Below are positions 51,901 through 62,815 of a DNA stretch of 64,000 nt, in pieces (the stretch's first letter is position 1; each line of letters opens with the position of its first letter). The notes below the pieces were generated by a model. It was not told the DNA's origin. It did no database searches and was given only the letters and a program-made list of their open reading frames with translations. The DNA lies in assembly GCA_013265495.1 (NCBI GenBank), contig MU058844.1, positions 9,878,184 through 9,942,183 on the forward strand. The letters are read 5' to 3'. Source of the stretch: Vicugna vicugna. Lineage: Eukaryota. Position numbers and translations under genes: made by a program.

Positions 51901-54900
51901 TCCTCCCTTTTCTCTCCTGGCAAACTCATCCTTCTAAATAATCCAAATGTCTAGCATTCTGGGAACTCTTCTCCCAGTTTGGGCTCCTAGGCACCTCCAT
52001 ATTGTACATCTTGATGAATCTGTTCACAAGCTTGCCTTCCCTCTAGACACTTTGAAGGGGAGGAGAGGGTCTTACTCATCTTTGTATCACAGGAGTTTAA
52101 CACCGTGCCTAGTAGGTGCTTGATGCTGACTAACTTTCCAACTAATAATTCATGACATGCTGTATTTGTCTGTCCTTTGTCTCTAACAACAGATCTTTCT
52201 TTAATGATCCAGATTATTTAAACTATTTACCTGTAGTCACCTAAACACAGAAAATTCGAGACTAATACAGAACTATTAAATTGAACATGTGACAGTTTCT
52301 ATTGCAAGTATATACCTAAGAGGCCAGGAATTGATTAAAGCCTCGCTGTCTCGGTTTCTGTAACTGGGTTATCAAGCAGCATTGATCTCTTCCTCCTAGA
52401 GGCATTTGCTCAGAGAACAGAGTCTCATTTTTCTTGAAAGCTTGTAGATATAGTTCGGGGAAAAAAGAAAATTATCCTTCCTGTTCTGTAGGTCTATAAA
52501 CAGTAAATGATTTTGAATTCCAAAGCAACTGACAGAAGGTTTGGGGATAAACTATTCTCAGTAGAAGAACATCATGGCAGGAACAAGAATGCGTTGGCTT
52601 TTACTCTCAACATGTCTAACGTGACAGTTCTTATTTATGGTTGCTTTCAACTTACTTTATCATGGCATGGGATGAAAATCCTTCTGTTTAATAACTCAGT
52701 GCAGTCACTGCAGTTGTGCTCAGTACAGTTTCTAACAGGCCGTCTCACTGTGACTTCAAATGATTTCTCAATTTCCCAGCTCTCAATAAATAATTCTATG
52801 TCTTCCATATTCGTAATGATCGTGCCATTTTGCATCCTTAGATCATCATCTGGATCTTCATTACAAATTCCTAAAAAGATGTGTGACATTTAGAAGGAAA
52901 TTTTTTTTCACTTAAACCAATAAAGGCAGCAGAAATAAATCATTTCCATAACTGCTTTTAAATGAATAAATTATTTACTGAATCAGGTGCCAACTTTATG
53001 TCCTTTGACTTCAATGTTGATGGATTTTTTTCTAACGAGATAGGAAAGAAACCATGATCCTAGAAGTCAAGATGTGTGAAAAGGTCATAGAAGAACAAAG
53101 AAGAGATTGATTCTGCTTGTACACTCTTCCACTCTTACCACTATCTTGTAATTTAAGGACTAGTTCTAAAATCTGTCAAGGTGTGCCCCAGATAGTGGAC
53201 ATTTGGGGATTGCCTCCTAAGCATCCATCCCCCCAGGAAAACCCTGTCTGAGAACATTAAATCCGTTCAGGAACCGTGTCTGCCCCATCACCTAGCACAT
53301 GACAGCACTCAGGGAGAGGCCCCCTGACCAGCATAAGGGTACTCCTTACTCCCTTTCATTAACAGCTGTTACAGGTAATCCAGGCATAAATCAGTCGTCA
53401 GTTCATGGCAGTAACCTAGACACATAGATTTGCTCAACTTTAGGACAACCATTGTCAAGCTCAGAATCTGACCTGGGAATTCCAGGACATAGATAGTCTC
53501 TCTTCCTTGGGATGACATGGCCTATTGGTGGCTATGATGGCATGATCTGCTATTGCCTCTAGCTTCCTTGAGGAAGGCCAAACTGAAGGTAGAGCTTACT
53601 ATTTTAGGGCAAAGCCAAGGGAAGTACAAAGAAATGGACCTAGAACCCTGATAATACTTTACTTGAAACCCACCCATACTTTAAGACTTAATTTTTCTTA
53701 ATTCCTAAGGCTCCCAGTTATTAAAGATATGAGTTATATATTTTTTCAAGTATCAAATGACAGTGTAGGACACATTGTCAATATGGACCGTCCATTCTGG
53801 TCAACTTGGGTCACACTTCTGTCCACTACAACTATCTGCCAGCACCCTGCTTTCCTTTTAACCAGTCACCCCTCTCCCATGGTGGAAGTCATGAAGTTTA
53901 GGAAGTGACCCTTAGTTAGCAAAAAGGTGACCCTAACCCCTTCTCCATAGTGATTAGTTAAGAATCCAGTTAGCAGAGTGTGTTTCTCCATAAAACTTGA
54001 GCTAACAGTAAAGGAGGAAACAAACAAACATGAAAATCAAACGGAAATCACAGCACACAGAAGTGACAAATCAGAAGAGGAAATATTCATTCTTAAGGTC
54101 TCTGAGTTATTACTCAATAATAACTACTGAGTTATTATGTATACCCAATACCATGTGTACACAATAATTACTGTTTCATAATGATAACCTCAAGTCACCA
54201 TAGAAGCTGCTGCTATGTTTAGCATGTTCTAAACAGGCAAGGAAATTATAAACCATTTTGGCCAAACTTTCTACTAAATGCTTTTCATTTTTAAAAAAGA
54301 AATTTGGGTATTTCATGTAATTTGTTGAGGGCAAGGACTTAGTTAGTCTGTTTGTTTTGAGTTGTCAGCGCCAAGCATCGTATCAGACACTCAGAAGCTG
54401 ATCAATAAACTTTTATTCAATTAACATTTAGTGAGCTTAACATAGACAAACTTGTAATAAGCTAATATGTACTGACTGTGTTAAGCAATGTGTTAAGTGT
54501 TTCACACTTACTTTCACATTCAATTCTAACAATCTTAAAGGTAGATATTACTATTTCCATTTTAAAACAAGGAAACGGATGTTCACGTCAACATCTGTAA
54601 AGGGGGTAGCTCTGTTCCACTTTCTGACCAGTCGACAGTACCGTTCTTTTAATTTTCCTATGTACCTAGAGTTAATGTACTGTGACATTAAACCTAAGGG
54701 TAAAGGTACAACTAGGCGTCACACTTTATGATAAAACTAGGACTAACACTCAGAACACCGTGTTCCCTGTATATAACTTTCAAGATGACTTAACTAAGTT
54801 TTCCTTGATTTCAAACTTAAAAAATCAGTAAGAAACAAAGTTATTTATGTCTTAAATAGTTCTGTGTCTCATTTTTATCACTTACAAATTAACATTAGTA

Positions 54901-57900
54901 CCTACTTATTTGGGGACCTGTTTGAATTAAATGAGATAGAAGGATGTAAAATAATGCCTGACACTCCATTAATGCTCCATAAAGATGAGCCAGTAGGGAA
55001 ACAAACGGTATTGCAGTAACAGTGGGAAGCATATAGTTCCATAAAATACCCAAATCGAACTGTTATTTCTTGTTTTGTTAGCCCATTTCTGGAAAGACAT
55101 TGCTTCCCTCAGTATTCACGTGGGGAATGGAAAGCTAACAGCACTTCTCCAACCCCAAAAGTGGGGCAAGAGGGGCTAAAGCAGTGTGATGCGAACAAAA
55201 AGAAGGAGGAGGAAGAGGAGAAATAGAGATTGAAAGAGCAGTGCTCACCACAAAGGCCTTCTGTGGAGGATGACAGGTTAAACTGAGAGCCAAAATGAAT
55301 GTCTATGATCCCGGTAAGATGAGCCCACTTTACGATGAGTCCAGCTGGAGAAGTTATCACATACATTGAACCAGAATCCTCTATGGACAGGTCTTGCTTT
55401 GAGAAGGGCAAAGGCACAACAAGAGAATCCACTTCTACCTAAAATCATATAATGCATGCACACCTATCAGAAGGTTTATGTTTAAAGGTACACTCATTAA
55501 GATTAGGAGGATTCAGAGAATTCCATTTCTTTTGGTTTAATATAATCTATTTTCAAATGTTTAAAAATTTATTTCTCTGCTGCCACAGTTCCTCATAATT
55601 CCTCAGTTCTCTTTTTGTTTTCTTGCTGTCTTGCTATATATTCAGTATTTGTTCTCACCTCATTGCCCCTTGTTTTCTTCAAAGCTTAAATTTCTTCTAA
55701 GTTATATACGCTTTTTTGTCTGTTTCCCCCAGTACATGCTGATTATACCATCACCTCCTAATACAAATTTAAGGTAATAAAGTTTTTTTTTCCAGGATGT
55801 TTTCTTTAATCTGAGTTCTCTCTTTGATCTTCTTAATCAGTGTTTAAATATAATGTTCTTAACAACCATCTGTGAAGCTCAGTAAAGATTAAGAGTCCCA
55901 GAAATTCTACTTCCAAGGTTTGGATTGGATTCTAGATTTTATATTTTTCATGTGGTTCCTTGGTAATGCTAATACAGGTGAGACAAGGATTTTTACTGTG
56001 AAACAGTTCTTTAAATAACAACAATGACATGGAACTGGGAGCTGTAACCAGCAGTAAATTTCTCAGAGTTATACCTCACTAACCATCCAATTTCTCATCT
56101 TTATAACTTCCTCACACTGCCACCCTCAAGCTGAACATCCTTCTTTGCCTGGTTAATTTCTACTCATTCTTTAAGATTTATCTTAGGTGTCACATCCCCC
56201 CAAATATTTATTTGACCTTCTGATAAGCTGCATGTAAATGACCCTCATCTCTCTCCCTGACAGCTTGGTCATCATTCTATCACTACCCCTCCTACAGCCT
56301 TTTAATTGGCAGATAATTACAGTTATGCACCTCACACACAACTCCAAGTTACTTGAGATCAGGACCTGTGTCATTTTATCACATAAACTCTCACTAAATG
56401 ATTTTTTAAGTTAATAAGTTTTCTGCTGAATACATGACCAGCCATGAGTTCAGCCGAGGCCAAAAAATAAGCCCTTCTATCCAAATGCTCACAGCAATAG
56501 CACTGACCAGGTTTGAGTTCAAATTTATTTCCCACCCACCTCCTGTTAATATATCAGCCTCATTCAAATCAAGGAGATACATAGACATTCTTTCTTCCAA
56601 AAAAGTAGCACATTCATATATTTTACGTTTGACTTAAAATTAAGCTTTCTAACACCTTACTGTATTTTAGGCTCACGTTAACACTGTTTCCAGCCTAGAA
56701 TCTATGGCCTGTGCCAACAGACAGAATTATTTCCAGAAAGCATATAACATCTCGGCCACTTTGAGCAAAATCTTTATACATCATTCTCTTATATTTCTGA
56801 GAGAACTGTTTAGATCAGAGTGAAGCGTCCCCCTTAGAACTCACTCCTACTTGGTACACATGTACTCCTTGGGATAAAAGTTTTTCCTGTAAAACCTAAT
56901 GGCTCCTTTCCAACTTTTTTTCTGATACATTGCTCTTCTTCAGTTTATTTCAATCAAGTTAAATGTTCCTTCATTTTTTTTCTAACTTTAGCTATCACTT
57001 ATTGACTGAAAAAGCTATGGCGTCGGCATTTCAAAACTACTCTTTCCATCTGTTCTTCTCCCTGTGGTCTTCTTTCTGGTATTCTTGGCTGCTACTCTTT
57101 GCAACCTTATGATCCTCTTTTTCACATCGTTTCCACTTTGTCCAATTTGAAACATTAACATTAACTCTAAGGCTAAGAAGCCTGGCCACCTGCACTATGC
57201 AAGAGGGCTTTAGCACATTTAACATGGCTGTTTCAGTGAACTCCACAAGGAGAAAAATATTTGCAACAGCTGGCACGTTATGTTAAGATACACATAAGAG
57301 TATGAAACACCTTTTCAGACTGTCCCTGGAAAGAATGATTAGACATCATAGCAATGAAACTCCATGGATATGTTTAATCTCCCCTCTTTTTGGAAATAAT
57401 TGAGTTTATGTAATTTCTTAACTTCATCTAATGTGAGGATAGGTTTTAACTTTGTGTTCCTACCGTCCTTGCTGCCCGATTGATGAGTATTTTATGAAGA
57501 GATGTGGTCAAATTTAACTTCTTAAAACAAAGTCCAGGGATTCTTCCAGAGGAAACCTTAATTTGAAACAAAAATTAAAACTTTATGGAGTTAAACTTAA
57601 TTTTAGCAATAAACAGAAGGAATTTACCAAACACTTTGCAAATACTCACTAGCTTTTTAAACAAGTTTCCATTCTGAAAAAAGAAGCATAAAGAAAAATT
57701 AATATTTTAAAGAAATATATTACTTGACTTTTAAAAACATTATTTGGATTAATATTATATACCTCTAAATGTATTTACATGGAACATGTTTTAAGAACCA
57801 GAAGATAAATCTCATTGAATCCTTGAGTTCCTTCTAACTCTGAGATACCTAATATTGCAACATACTTCAGCTACTAGATTTATGACAAAATGACAAAAGA

Positions 57901-60698
57901 GTGGATTGTGACCTACCTGATTCATGGAACATTTTTCTATATGAGCAACTATAATTTCCCCAGGAATTCTTACTAAGATATATGAAGCCATACTATACAA
58001 TGCTGCATTGTTTCCATCAAATGTAATAATGCTGAGTTCTGACAACATGGAACACCGACCTAAAAAAATGGTGGAGAGTGGATTCAGTCCATTAACTAGT
58101 CATTTGTATTTGTAGTAATAATTGCTCCTTTTATATTAAACTTACTATGTTTGACAAAAGCGACTCTAACAGTTACATAATGGGGACCAAAGTCATAAAA
58201 CCAACGAAGAAAGCTCAACAATAACTGCCTTGAGGAGGTGATTGTTTCAAAAAGATAATACTCCTCCCCTGATGAAAAACTGACTGCTGTGTAAGAAACG
58301 CAGACTCACATGGACATTCCCACTCAGGGCAGCAGATGTCGCTGTTCACTTGAACGGGTCTCCCCCGGAAACCACAGTCAGGCATTTCCACAGCCTTTGG
58401 GCAATGAAGAGACCAGTTGTACAACTGCCATTCCATATTGAGGCATATGTATTGGCTACAGTTATACACAGGATCAAATTGTTGAGGCTGTTAATAAAAA
58501 AGAAAATTAATGGGTTTTTTTATTTTTAACAAATGCATTCAATTAATTTTAAATTTCCCATTTGCATTGCCTACAGTGTAGATTTCCTAACACAAAACCT
58601 TTAAAAATATGAATGATTAAAATTTCACTACCATTTTTTGTCCAGGTAACCTCTCTAAAATAGTATGAACTTCATTTAAGCTTTACCTTAATATTGAGTT
58701 AATATCAGAACTGCTGAAACAATCTTTATCAAGGTCACCGATGAACTCTCCACTGCTAAACGCAATGATCAATTCTCAGACCTAATCTACTTTGACCCAC
58801 TAAAATATTTAGTATAGCTAATTACTCCAACCTTTTTAATACCTTCTTTCCTTGGCTTCCAGATCACCTAAAATCGTCTCCATTTTCTCCTGTCTCACTG
58901 ATTAATCCCTTTTGCCTGCTTGTCATTATTTCTCAGCCTACTAAAATTGTAGTGGCCCTTGTCTCTTTCCTCTCTGCACTCAATGCCTTTATGATCTCAT
59001 CTAATCTCATAACTTTAAATACCATTTATCCACTAAGAATTCCAAAAATTTCATCTTAATTTGACTTCTGTCCTAAACTCCATTTATATTCATCAGATCT
59101 GTATATCCACAGTCTTACAAGGCAAAACTGAACTCTTGAATATACCCACACCACACCTACTGTTTCCACAATTTCCCCATCCTGACTACAGCCAACTTTG
59201 TCCTTCAGTTGTTCAAGACAAAGATCTTGGAATCCTTAATGCCTCTTTTTCATTCATACCCCACGTCTAATCCTTCAGCAATTTCTGTGGCCTCTATCTG
59301 CAAAATAGATCCAGAATCCAGGCATCTCTCACCATCTCCACTGCTATCACCTGGTCCAGATCACCATCATCTGTTGCCTAAATTCCTGCAGCAGCCTCCT
59401 TACTGGTTCTATTGTCTCTTTACACCCCATTCTCAACACAGCAGCTAAAACAATCCTGAAAGAAATCAGAGCATACAATTTCTCTGCTCAAAAATCTCCC
59501 TTCACTTCCTGTGTCAGTTAGAATGAAAGCTACAGTCTTTACAATCATCCACAAGGCTTTACATAATCTAATTTATTTCCTCCTATTTTATTCCACACTT
59601 TCTTAATGGCCTCCTTGTTATTCTTCTATTGTTTTAAGATGTTAGGTACTTACTCTGCTTAGGGCCTTTTGGCTCGCCGGCCCTCCTGCCTACAACTCTG
59701 TTGCCCTGGTTCTTTACATGGTTCACTCTATTAACTCTTCAGATTTTTTGCTCTAATTTAACAATCACTTTATCAGCAAGGATCATGAAGGATCATTTCA
59801 TTAAATATAGTTTTATTTTTCTCCTGAGCAGCAACCTCTAACGTTTTGCATAACTTGGCAATTTATTTTATCTTTTTTCAGAACCCAGTAAAATGTAAAC
59901 TCCATAAAAGCAGAAGTTTTTGCCTGCTTTTGTATTGTTTTAGCCATGGTACCTGTAGAGTTCCTGGCCAGAAATGGTGTTAATTAAATATTGGCTGAAT
60001 AAATGGTTTATCAGAACCAGTGACATATCTGGAATAAGAAGATAACTTCTCAAGTCTCATTTAAGACAATTACTAACTCTGGAATTCAATGACTTTATCT
60101 TTTTTTTCTTTCTAATATGTCTTTGTCATTTTGCACTGTGCCTGCCATAAAGTAGCTGCTTAATAAATATTTTTGAATGCCTCACTTACAGAGATGCCAA
60201 CATGAAACTCTTTATTATTATTATCATTAAAAGATTATTATTATTTAAAAATTATATGTAATTATTATTAAATTAATGCATTATCCAATTAATAAATCAA
60301 TAAATAAAAGTATTAAATCACCGCATGTAATTAATATTACACCTAATTATCACAATTATTATTATCACACAATTGTTCTTAAGGAACCATATTTAAGACT
60401 TCATTTGCATTTTGTTTTTTCATAGTGGGACCAGAATCTAATTAATAAGAAATATCTGACAGCTAAGGAAACACAATCATTAAAATGTAACACTTATTTC
60501 CTTTTAGCAAGGAAAGACTAGAGCATGTACAAAAAGGAGTTTAATAGCATTTGGATGGTGATACAGAAAGGTGAACAGACACAATAAGGAAACAACAAAC
60601 AGCTGAAGAGATTACCAGCCATACCTCACACTCCAAACCTGTTGTTGGTGTTAGCATTTCAAATGCAGTGAAGTCTGATGGAGTAATCACTTCTGGAC
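27803..60698 (-). CDS. OTOGL: Otogelin-like protein, 3' portion (22 coding exons, 5' part outside window): VWD, C8, TIL, cysteine-rich/VWC-like modules, C-terminal cystine knot
   Basis: Hand-spliced GT-AG exons join in one frame (2714 nt) to TAA at 27803-27805. Peptides such as [44 protein letters not shown] and [30 protein letters not shown]...CTCQWS match OTOGL as I recall it. Confidence 0.97.
28561..28640 (-). CDS. OTOGL: OTOGL exon (80 nt), start of cystine knot: [26 protein letters not shown]
   Basis: ttttatcag| acceptor, TCT|gtaagt donor. Confidence 0.93.
29580..30385. mobile_element. LINE-2 fragments
   Basis: tcaaggtcaccc, cagctgcatttga, ctcttggcttcca; tail ggcactcaataaa. Confidence 0.65.
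30989..31134 (+). mobile_element. tRNA-derived SINE (camelid Vic-1-like)
   Basis: Same A/B boxes and tail; imperfect TSD aatattgcaatac (30976-30988) / aacattgcaatat (31135-31147). Confidence 0.9.
31450..31844 (+). mobile_element. MaLR solo LTR (MLT1B-like)
   Basis: tgttatgggttgaattgtgtc...aaactaataca; perfect 5-bp TSD GTAAC (31445-31449, 31845-31849). Confidence 0.9.
33180..33225 (-). CDS. OTOGL: OTOGL exon (46 nt): [15 protein letters not shown]
   Basis: cctcctag| acceptor, T|gtaagt donor. Confidence 0.92.
34727..34846 (-). CDS. OTOGL: OTOGL exon (120 nt): [14 protein letters not shown]...[11 protein letters not shown]
   Basis: cttttag| acceptor, ATG|gtttgt donor. Confidence 0.93.
36889..36916 (+). 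repeat. (TG)14 microsatellite
   Basis: Direct reading. Confidence 0.95.
37016..37120 (-). CDS. OTOGL: OTOGL exon (105 nt): [17 protein letters not shown]...NGTSVIHE
   Basis: acacag| acceptor, GAG|gtatat donor. Confidence 0.93.
37589..37767 (-). CDS. OTOGL: OTOGL exon (179 nt): [10 protein letters not shown]...NCSKECDV
   Basis: ttccttag| acceptor, GTT|gtaagt donor. Confidence 0.94.
38834..38897 (-). CDS. OTOGL: OTOGL exon (64 nt): [21 protein letters not shown]
   Basis: ctgatag| acceptor, G|gtaact donor. Confidence 0.92.
39370..39630 (+). mobile_element. MIR SINE (others at about 510-735, 4280-4480, 6790-7000, 7265-7430, 60790-60960)
   Basis: MIR core cctcactttcttcatctgtaaaacggag...ttgttgagag. 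Confidence 0.7.
40365..41135. mobile_element. L1MB-like 3' fragment with internal inversion (minus ~40365-40752, plus ~40753-41135)
   Basis: atagtgctgctatgaacatt (antisense) abuts catacaatggaatattatt...caataaggttgttatttaaaa (sense). Confidence 0.8.
41672..41955 (-). mobile_element. L1MA9-like 3' end
   Basis: agaacacttaacatgaggtctac...gtattgttaact...gcataaatgaaact motifs. Confidence 0.7.
42390..42430 (-). CDS. OTOGL: OTOGL exon (41 nt): [13 protein letters not shown]
   Basis: ctttcag| acceptor, GTG|gtaaga donor; 85-nt upstream intron. Confidence 0.92.
42516..42620 (-). CDS. OTOGL: OTOGL exon (105 nt): [13 protein letters not shown]...QCCPTWHC
   Basis: tatgtag| acceptor, G|gtaact donor. Confidence 0.93.
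43133..43234 (-). CDS. OTOGL: OTOGL exon (102 nt): [11 protein letters not shown]...HFCCPQYYC
   Basis: cctttag| acceptor, G|gtaagg donor. Confidence 0.93.
44606..44713 (-). CDS. OTOGL: OTOGL exon (108 nt): [14 protein letters not shown]...PCCFSPLC
   Basis: ttttggcag| acceptor, A|gtgagt donor. Confidence 0.93.
45308..45412 (-). CDS. OTOGL: OTOGL exon (105 nt): [13 protein letters not shown]...SCCPQYQC
   Basis: ttttcag| acceptor, G|gtgagt donor. Confidence 0.93.
45897..46109 (-). CDS. OTOGL: OTOGL exon (213 nt): [15 protein letters not shown]...WTCCSKKVC
   Basis: ttttttaag| acceptor, A|gtacgt donor; not in ORF track, read by hand. Confidence 0.9.
46300..46464 (-). mobile_element. tRNA-derived SINE (Vic-1-like, more diverged) with internal (TTTG)n
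   Basis: Reverse complement of the same family: ggtaattagg...ggttgaacc...cagcta.accc. Confidence 0.8.
47707..47892 (-). CDS. OTOGL: OTOGL exon (186 nt), TIL domain: [12 protein letters not shown]...CIPEEKC
   Basis: ttcatag| acceptor, G|gtaagc donor. Confidence 0.95.
48436..49064 (-). mobile_element. LINE-1 5' UTR-like fragment
   Basis: Minus strand begins GGGAGTTGGCCAAGAAGGTGAAGTAGGAAGAC, resembling the L1 5' terminus (ggccaagatggcggagtaggaagac). Confidence 0.65.
49251..49392 (-). CDS. OTOGL: OTOGL exon (142 nt), C8 domain: [11 protein letters not shown]...WRTPDYC
   Basis: tctctag| acceptor, T|gtaagt donor. Confidence 0.95.
52656..52870 (-). CDS. OTOGL: OTOGL exon (215 nt): [16 protein letters not shown]...IPCHDK
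   Basis: tttttag| acceptor, AAA|gtaagt donor. Confidence 0.95.
55249..55438 (-). CDS. OTOGL: OTOGL exon (190 nt): [11 protein letters not shown]...STEGLC
   Basis: ttttag| acceptor, G|gtgagc donor. Confidence 0.95.
57464..57556 (-). CDS. OTOGL: OTOGL exon (93 nt): [31 protein letters not shown]
   Basis: attaag| acceptor, ACG|gtagga donor. Confidence 0.9.
57650..57673 (-). CDS. OTOGL: OTOGL 24-nt micro-exon: NGNLFKKL
   Basis: tttttcag|AATGGAAACTTGTTTAAAAAGCTA|gtgagt; phase 0-0. Confidence 0.9.
57917..58059 (-). CDS. OTOGL: OTOGL exon (143 nt), start of VWD domain: [15 protein letters not shown]...KCSMNQ
   Basis: tttttag| acceptor, CAG|gtaggt donor. Confidence 0.95.
58310..58487 (-). CDS. 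OTOGL: OTOGL exon (178 nt): [12 protein letters not shown]...CCPEWECP
   Basis: taacag| acceptor, T|gtgagt donor. Confidence 0.95.
58715..60005. mobile_element. LINE-2 fragment
   Basis: tcaaggtcacc.atga, ccttggcttcca, ccagaatcc, 3' tail ttggctgaataaatg. Confidence 0.75.
60625..60698 (-). CDS. OTOGL: OTOGL exon (74 nt): [24 protein letters not shown]
   Basis: ttccaacag| acceptor, GAG|gtatgg donor, phase 1 to 0. Confidence 0.85.
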
Positions 60699-61310
60699 CT
60701 GTTGGAAATAAAGGTGTCCTCTCCATTAGTGGAATGGTATCGATCATATATAAAATTCACTTGTGGTAGAAACCATGCTAAGAAATTTTACATAGATTAT
60801 TTCAATTAATGTTTGCAAGAACCCCATGATGTAGAAAATAATATAATTGTCATTTCATAGATAAGGAAAGTAAGGTGTAGACAGGTAAGCTACTAAGTGT
60901 CAGAGGCAGAATTCAAACTTGGGAAATCTGATTCCAGAGTCCTGGCTTTTAATCACCATTCTATAAACATCTTCATTGCCCTGATGGTGTCAACAATCAT
61001 TTAAACAGGTCGAAATATCAATGTTAACACTACAGATTGCTCAGGAGTTACATTTCATTGCATTTTTAATGTAAGTAGTGAGACTGATTCATTTCCCTGG
61101 TGAATCTCTAGAATGTGTTCCTTGTAAGCAGAATAGATGGATCTATGAACCACATGGAGGGACCACTTGGAAACCTCACTGGTGGGTGTGGTGAAGGCGT
61201 GATGTATGGAAAGAGAAAGTGTGGCTGATAAATGTTTGTAAGATATCTTCCGAAGAGACAAACTGAATGGCTGAAATTTTGCCCAGCTGTAATTGCAGTG
61301 TCCACCTCTC

Positions 61311-61842
61311 TAAATTAGTTTCTTAATGGCTGCTGTAACAAATTACTACAAATTTAGTGGCTTAAAATATCATCAAATTATTATCTTGTGGTTCTGAAAG
61401 TCAGAAGTCCAAAAACCAAGGTATCAGCAGGGCTGCATATCATCTGGAGGCTCTATGGGAGAAGCTTTTTCCAAATATGAATTGCCTGGATACCTTGGCT
61501 CATGGTCCCTTCTGTCATCTTCAGAGCCACAGAATAACATCTTCAAATCTCAATCTCTCTCACTCTCTCTCTCTTTCTGCCTCCCTCCCTCTTCTTCCCT
61601 GCCTGCTGATTCTGACATCTGACATATGTTACCTTCTCTGACTCTGACCCTCTGCCCTCTCTATTATAAGGACCCTTGTGATTACACGGGGCTCACATGG
61701 ATAATCCAGGATAGCTTCCCCATCTCAAAATTCTTAACTTCATCACATTGCAAAGTCCCTTTAGCATGTAAGGTCTCATATTCACAAATTCTGGGGATTA
61801 AGACATGGGTATCTTTGGAGGGCCATTACTCAGCCTACCATA
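61311..61842 (-). mobile_element. MaLR solo LTR (MLT1C/D-like)
   Basis: ggctgctgtaacaaattac...ggataatccaggata...ggccattactcagcctacca. Confidence 0.88.
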
Positions 61843-62244
61843 ATGACATAAGAGAAAAACTTCCTTTTTTTGTTAAATAAATTCTATAAATAACCTTCAT
61901 TTTGTATTTATTTTATAGTTTCTAACTTACAGAAAAGATGAAGTAGAAGAAAAATTCCTATCCCCTGGTCCTATGAAGCAGTATTCATGATATATTAGAT
62001 ATTGTATCTTCTAAAGAATATGACATTTTTACAGACAAATATCTTCATTTCCATCATCATAAATGTTTAAGCAAAGTAATAGGAGACAAAGTTCTAGCCC
62101 AGAGCAAGCACAGAGTAGTGGAAAATTTTGATGACTGGGAGTCCAAGTGGTCTTAGCAGTAAGAGAGTCCATTGTCTTCTAAAATCATCAGTGGGTTATA
62201 AGCCCTGTCTGGGGACAGAAATATAATAATCAAGCTATCCTGAT

Positions 62245-62815
62245 AACTATGGCTTTGTAGTAAGTTTTTAAATTGGAAAGTGTGAGTCCTACAACTTTGT
62301 CCTTTTTCAAGATTTCCTTTGGCTATTCTAGGTTTCTTGCATGTCCATATGAATGTAGGGTCAGTTTGTCAATTTCTGCAAAGAAGTAACTGGGGTTTTG
62401 ACAGAGACTGCATTAAATCTGTAAATCAGATTTGGAAGTATTGTCATTTTAGCATTATTCAGTCTTCCAGGAACATGAGATGGCTTTCCATTTATTCTGA
62501 TCTTCTTAATTCCTTCAATAATATTGTATAGTTTTCATTGTACAAGTCTTACACTTCTTTTGCTAAATGTATTCCTAGGAATTTTTTTTTGATGCTACTG
62601 TAAGTAGAATTACTTTTTTTTTTCATTTCATTTTTAGATTGTTCACTGCTAGTGCATAGAAACACAATTGATTTTTAGTACACTGGTCTTAATGTTCTGC
62701 AATTTTGATGACTTAATATTATTTGCATATTAATTAGTCCTATTAGGTTTTAGTGGATTCTTCAGAATAATCTGTATACAAGATTGTATCATCTACAAAT
62801 AAAAATAATTTTACA
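62245..62815 (-). mobile_element. LINE-1 ORF2 internal fragment (degraded)
   Basis: ctttgtagtaagtttt...ttggctattctagg...gattgtatcatctacaaata antisense L1 motifs. Confidence 0.8.

Noticed and set aside
61108..61305. Pro/Ser/Thr-rich minus-strand ORF as an extra OTOGL exon
   Set aside because: The pyrimidine tract is not followed by an AG and there is no suitable donor; no resemblance to OTOGL that I recognise.
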